From Azolla caroliniana (taxonomy: Eukaryota > Plantae > Polypodiophyta): a DNA stretch of 64,000 bases. This document shows, in pieces, positions 63,980-64,000 of the stretch. The translations under genes and the position numbers were made by a program. The notes under the pieces are model-generated. The model was given only the letters and a program-made list of their open reading frames with translations. It was not told the DNA's origin and did no database searches. The stretch covers positions 18,786,001-18,850,000 of the forward strand of contig JBHGNT010000009.1 of assembly GCA_043228905.1 (NCBI GenBank), read 5' to 3'. Within the stretch, counting starts at the first letter, position 1. Each line of letters opens with the position of its first letter.

Positions 63980-64000
63980 TTTCTGTGTTACCGTCGCTCT

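Overview
Eukaryotic, intron-rich, transposon-dense land-plant DNA, most likely a seed-free plant such as a fern (inferred from plant-type RAN1 and GID8 genes together with a centriole SAS-4/CPAP-like gene). Four host genes could be assembled by hand from GT-AG junctions with consistent phases: (1) a 9-exon P1B-1 Cu(I)-ATPase, RAN1/HMA7-like (17887-25721 +, ~1037 aa); (2) a >=10-exon coiled-coil protein resembling the SAS-4/CPAP(CENPJ) coiled-coil region (28640->=35291 +); (3) an intronless P-loop AAA_33-type kinase (39254-40024 +); (4) GID8/TWA1 of the CTLH E3 ligase (49747-41987 -, ~228 aa). The remainder is nested retroelements: an intact Ty1/copia polyprotein (59906-63979 -) with its 3' LTR, several decayed copia elements, a chromodomain Ty3/gypsy, a near-full-length decayed L1-type LINE and LINE fragments, plus many mini/microsatellites. 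The most unusual observation is a 133-bp fold-back palindrome made of two copies of a gypsy LTR 5' end, inserted with a 5-bp TSD into a LINE (54096-54228). Others are a twin-priming-type LINE inversion, a copia element with unprocessed PPT/PBS ends and a snap-back junction, amplified exon/intron junctions in the Cu-ATPase gene, candidate U12 introns, and a stop-interrupted in-frame upstream ATG in GID8. All family assignments come from recalled motifs, not database searches.
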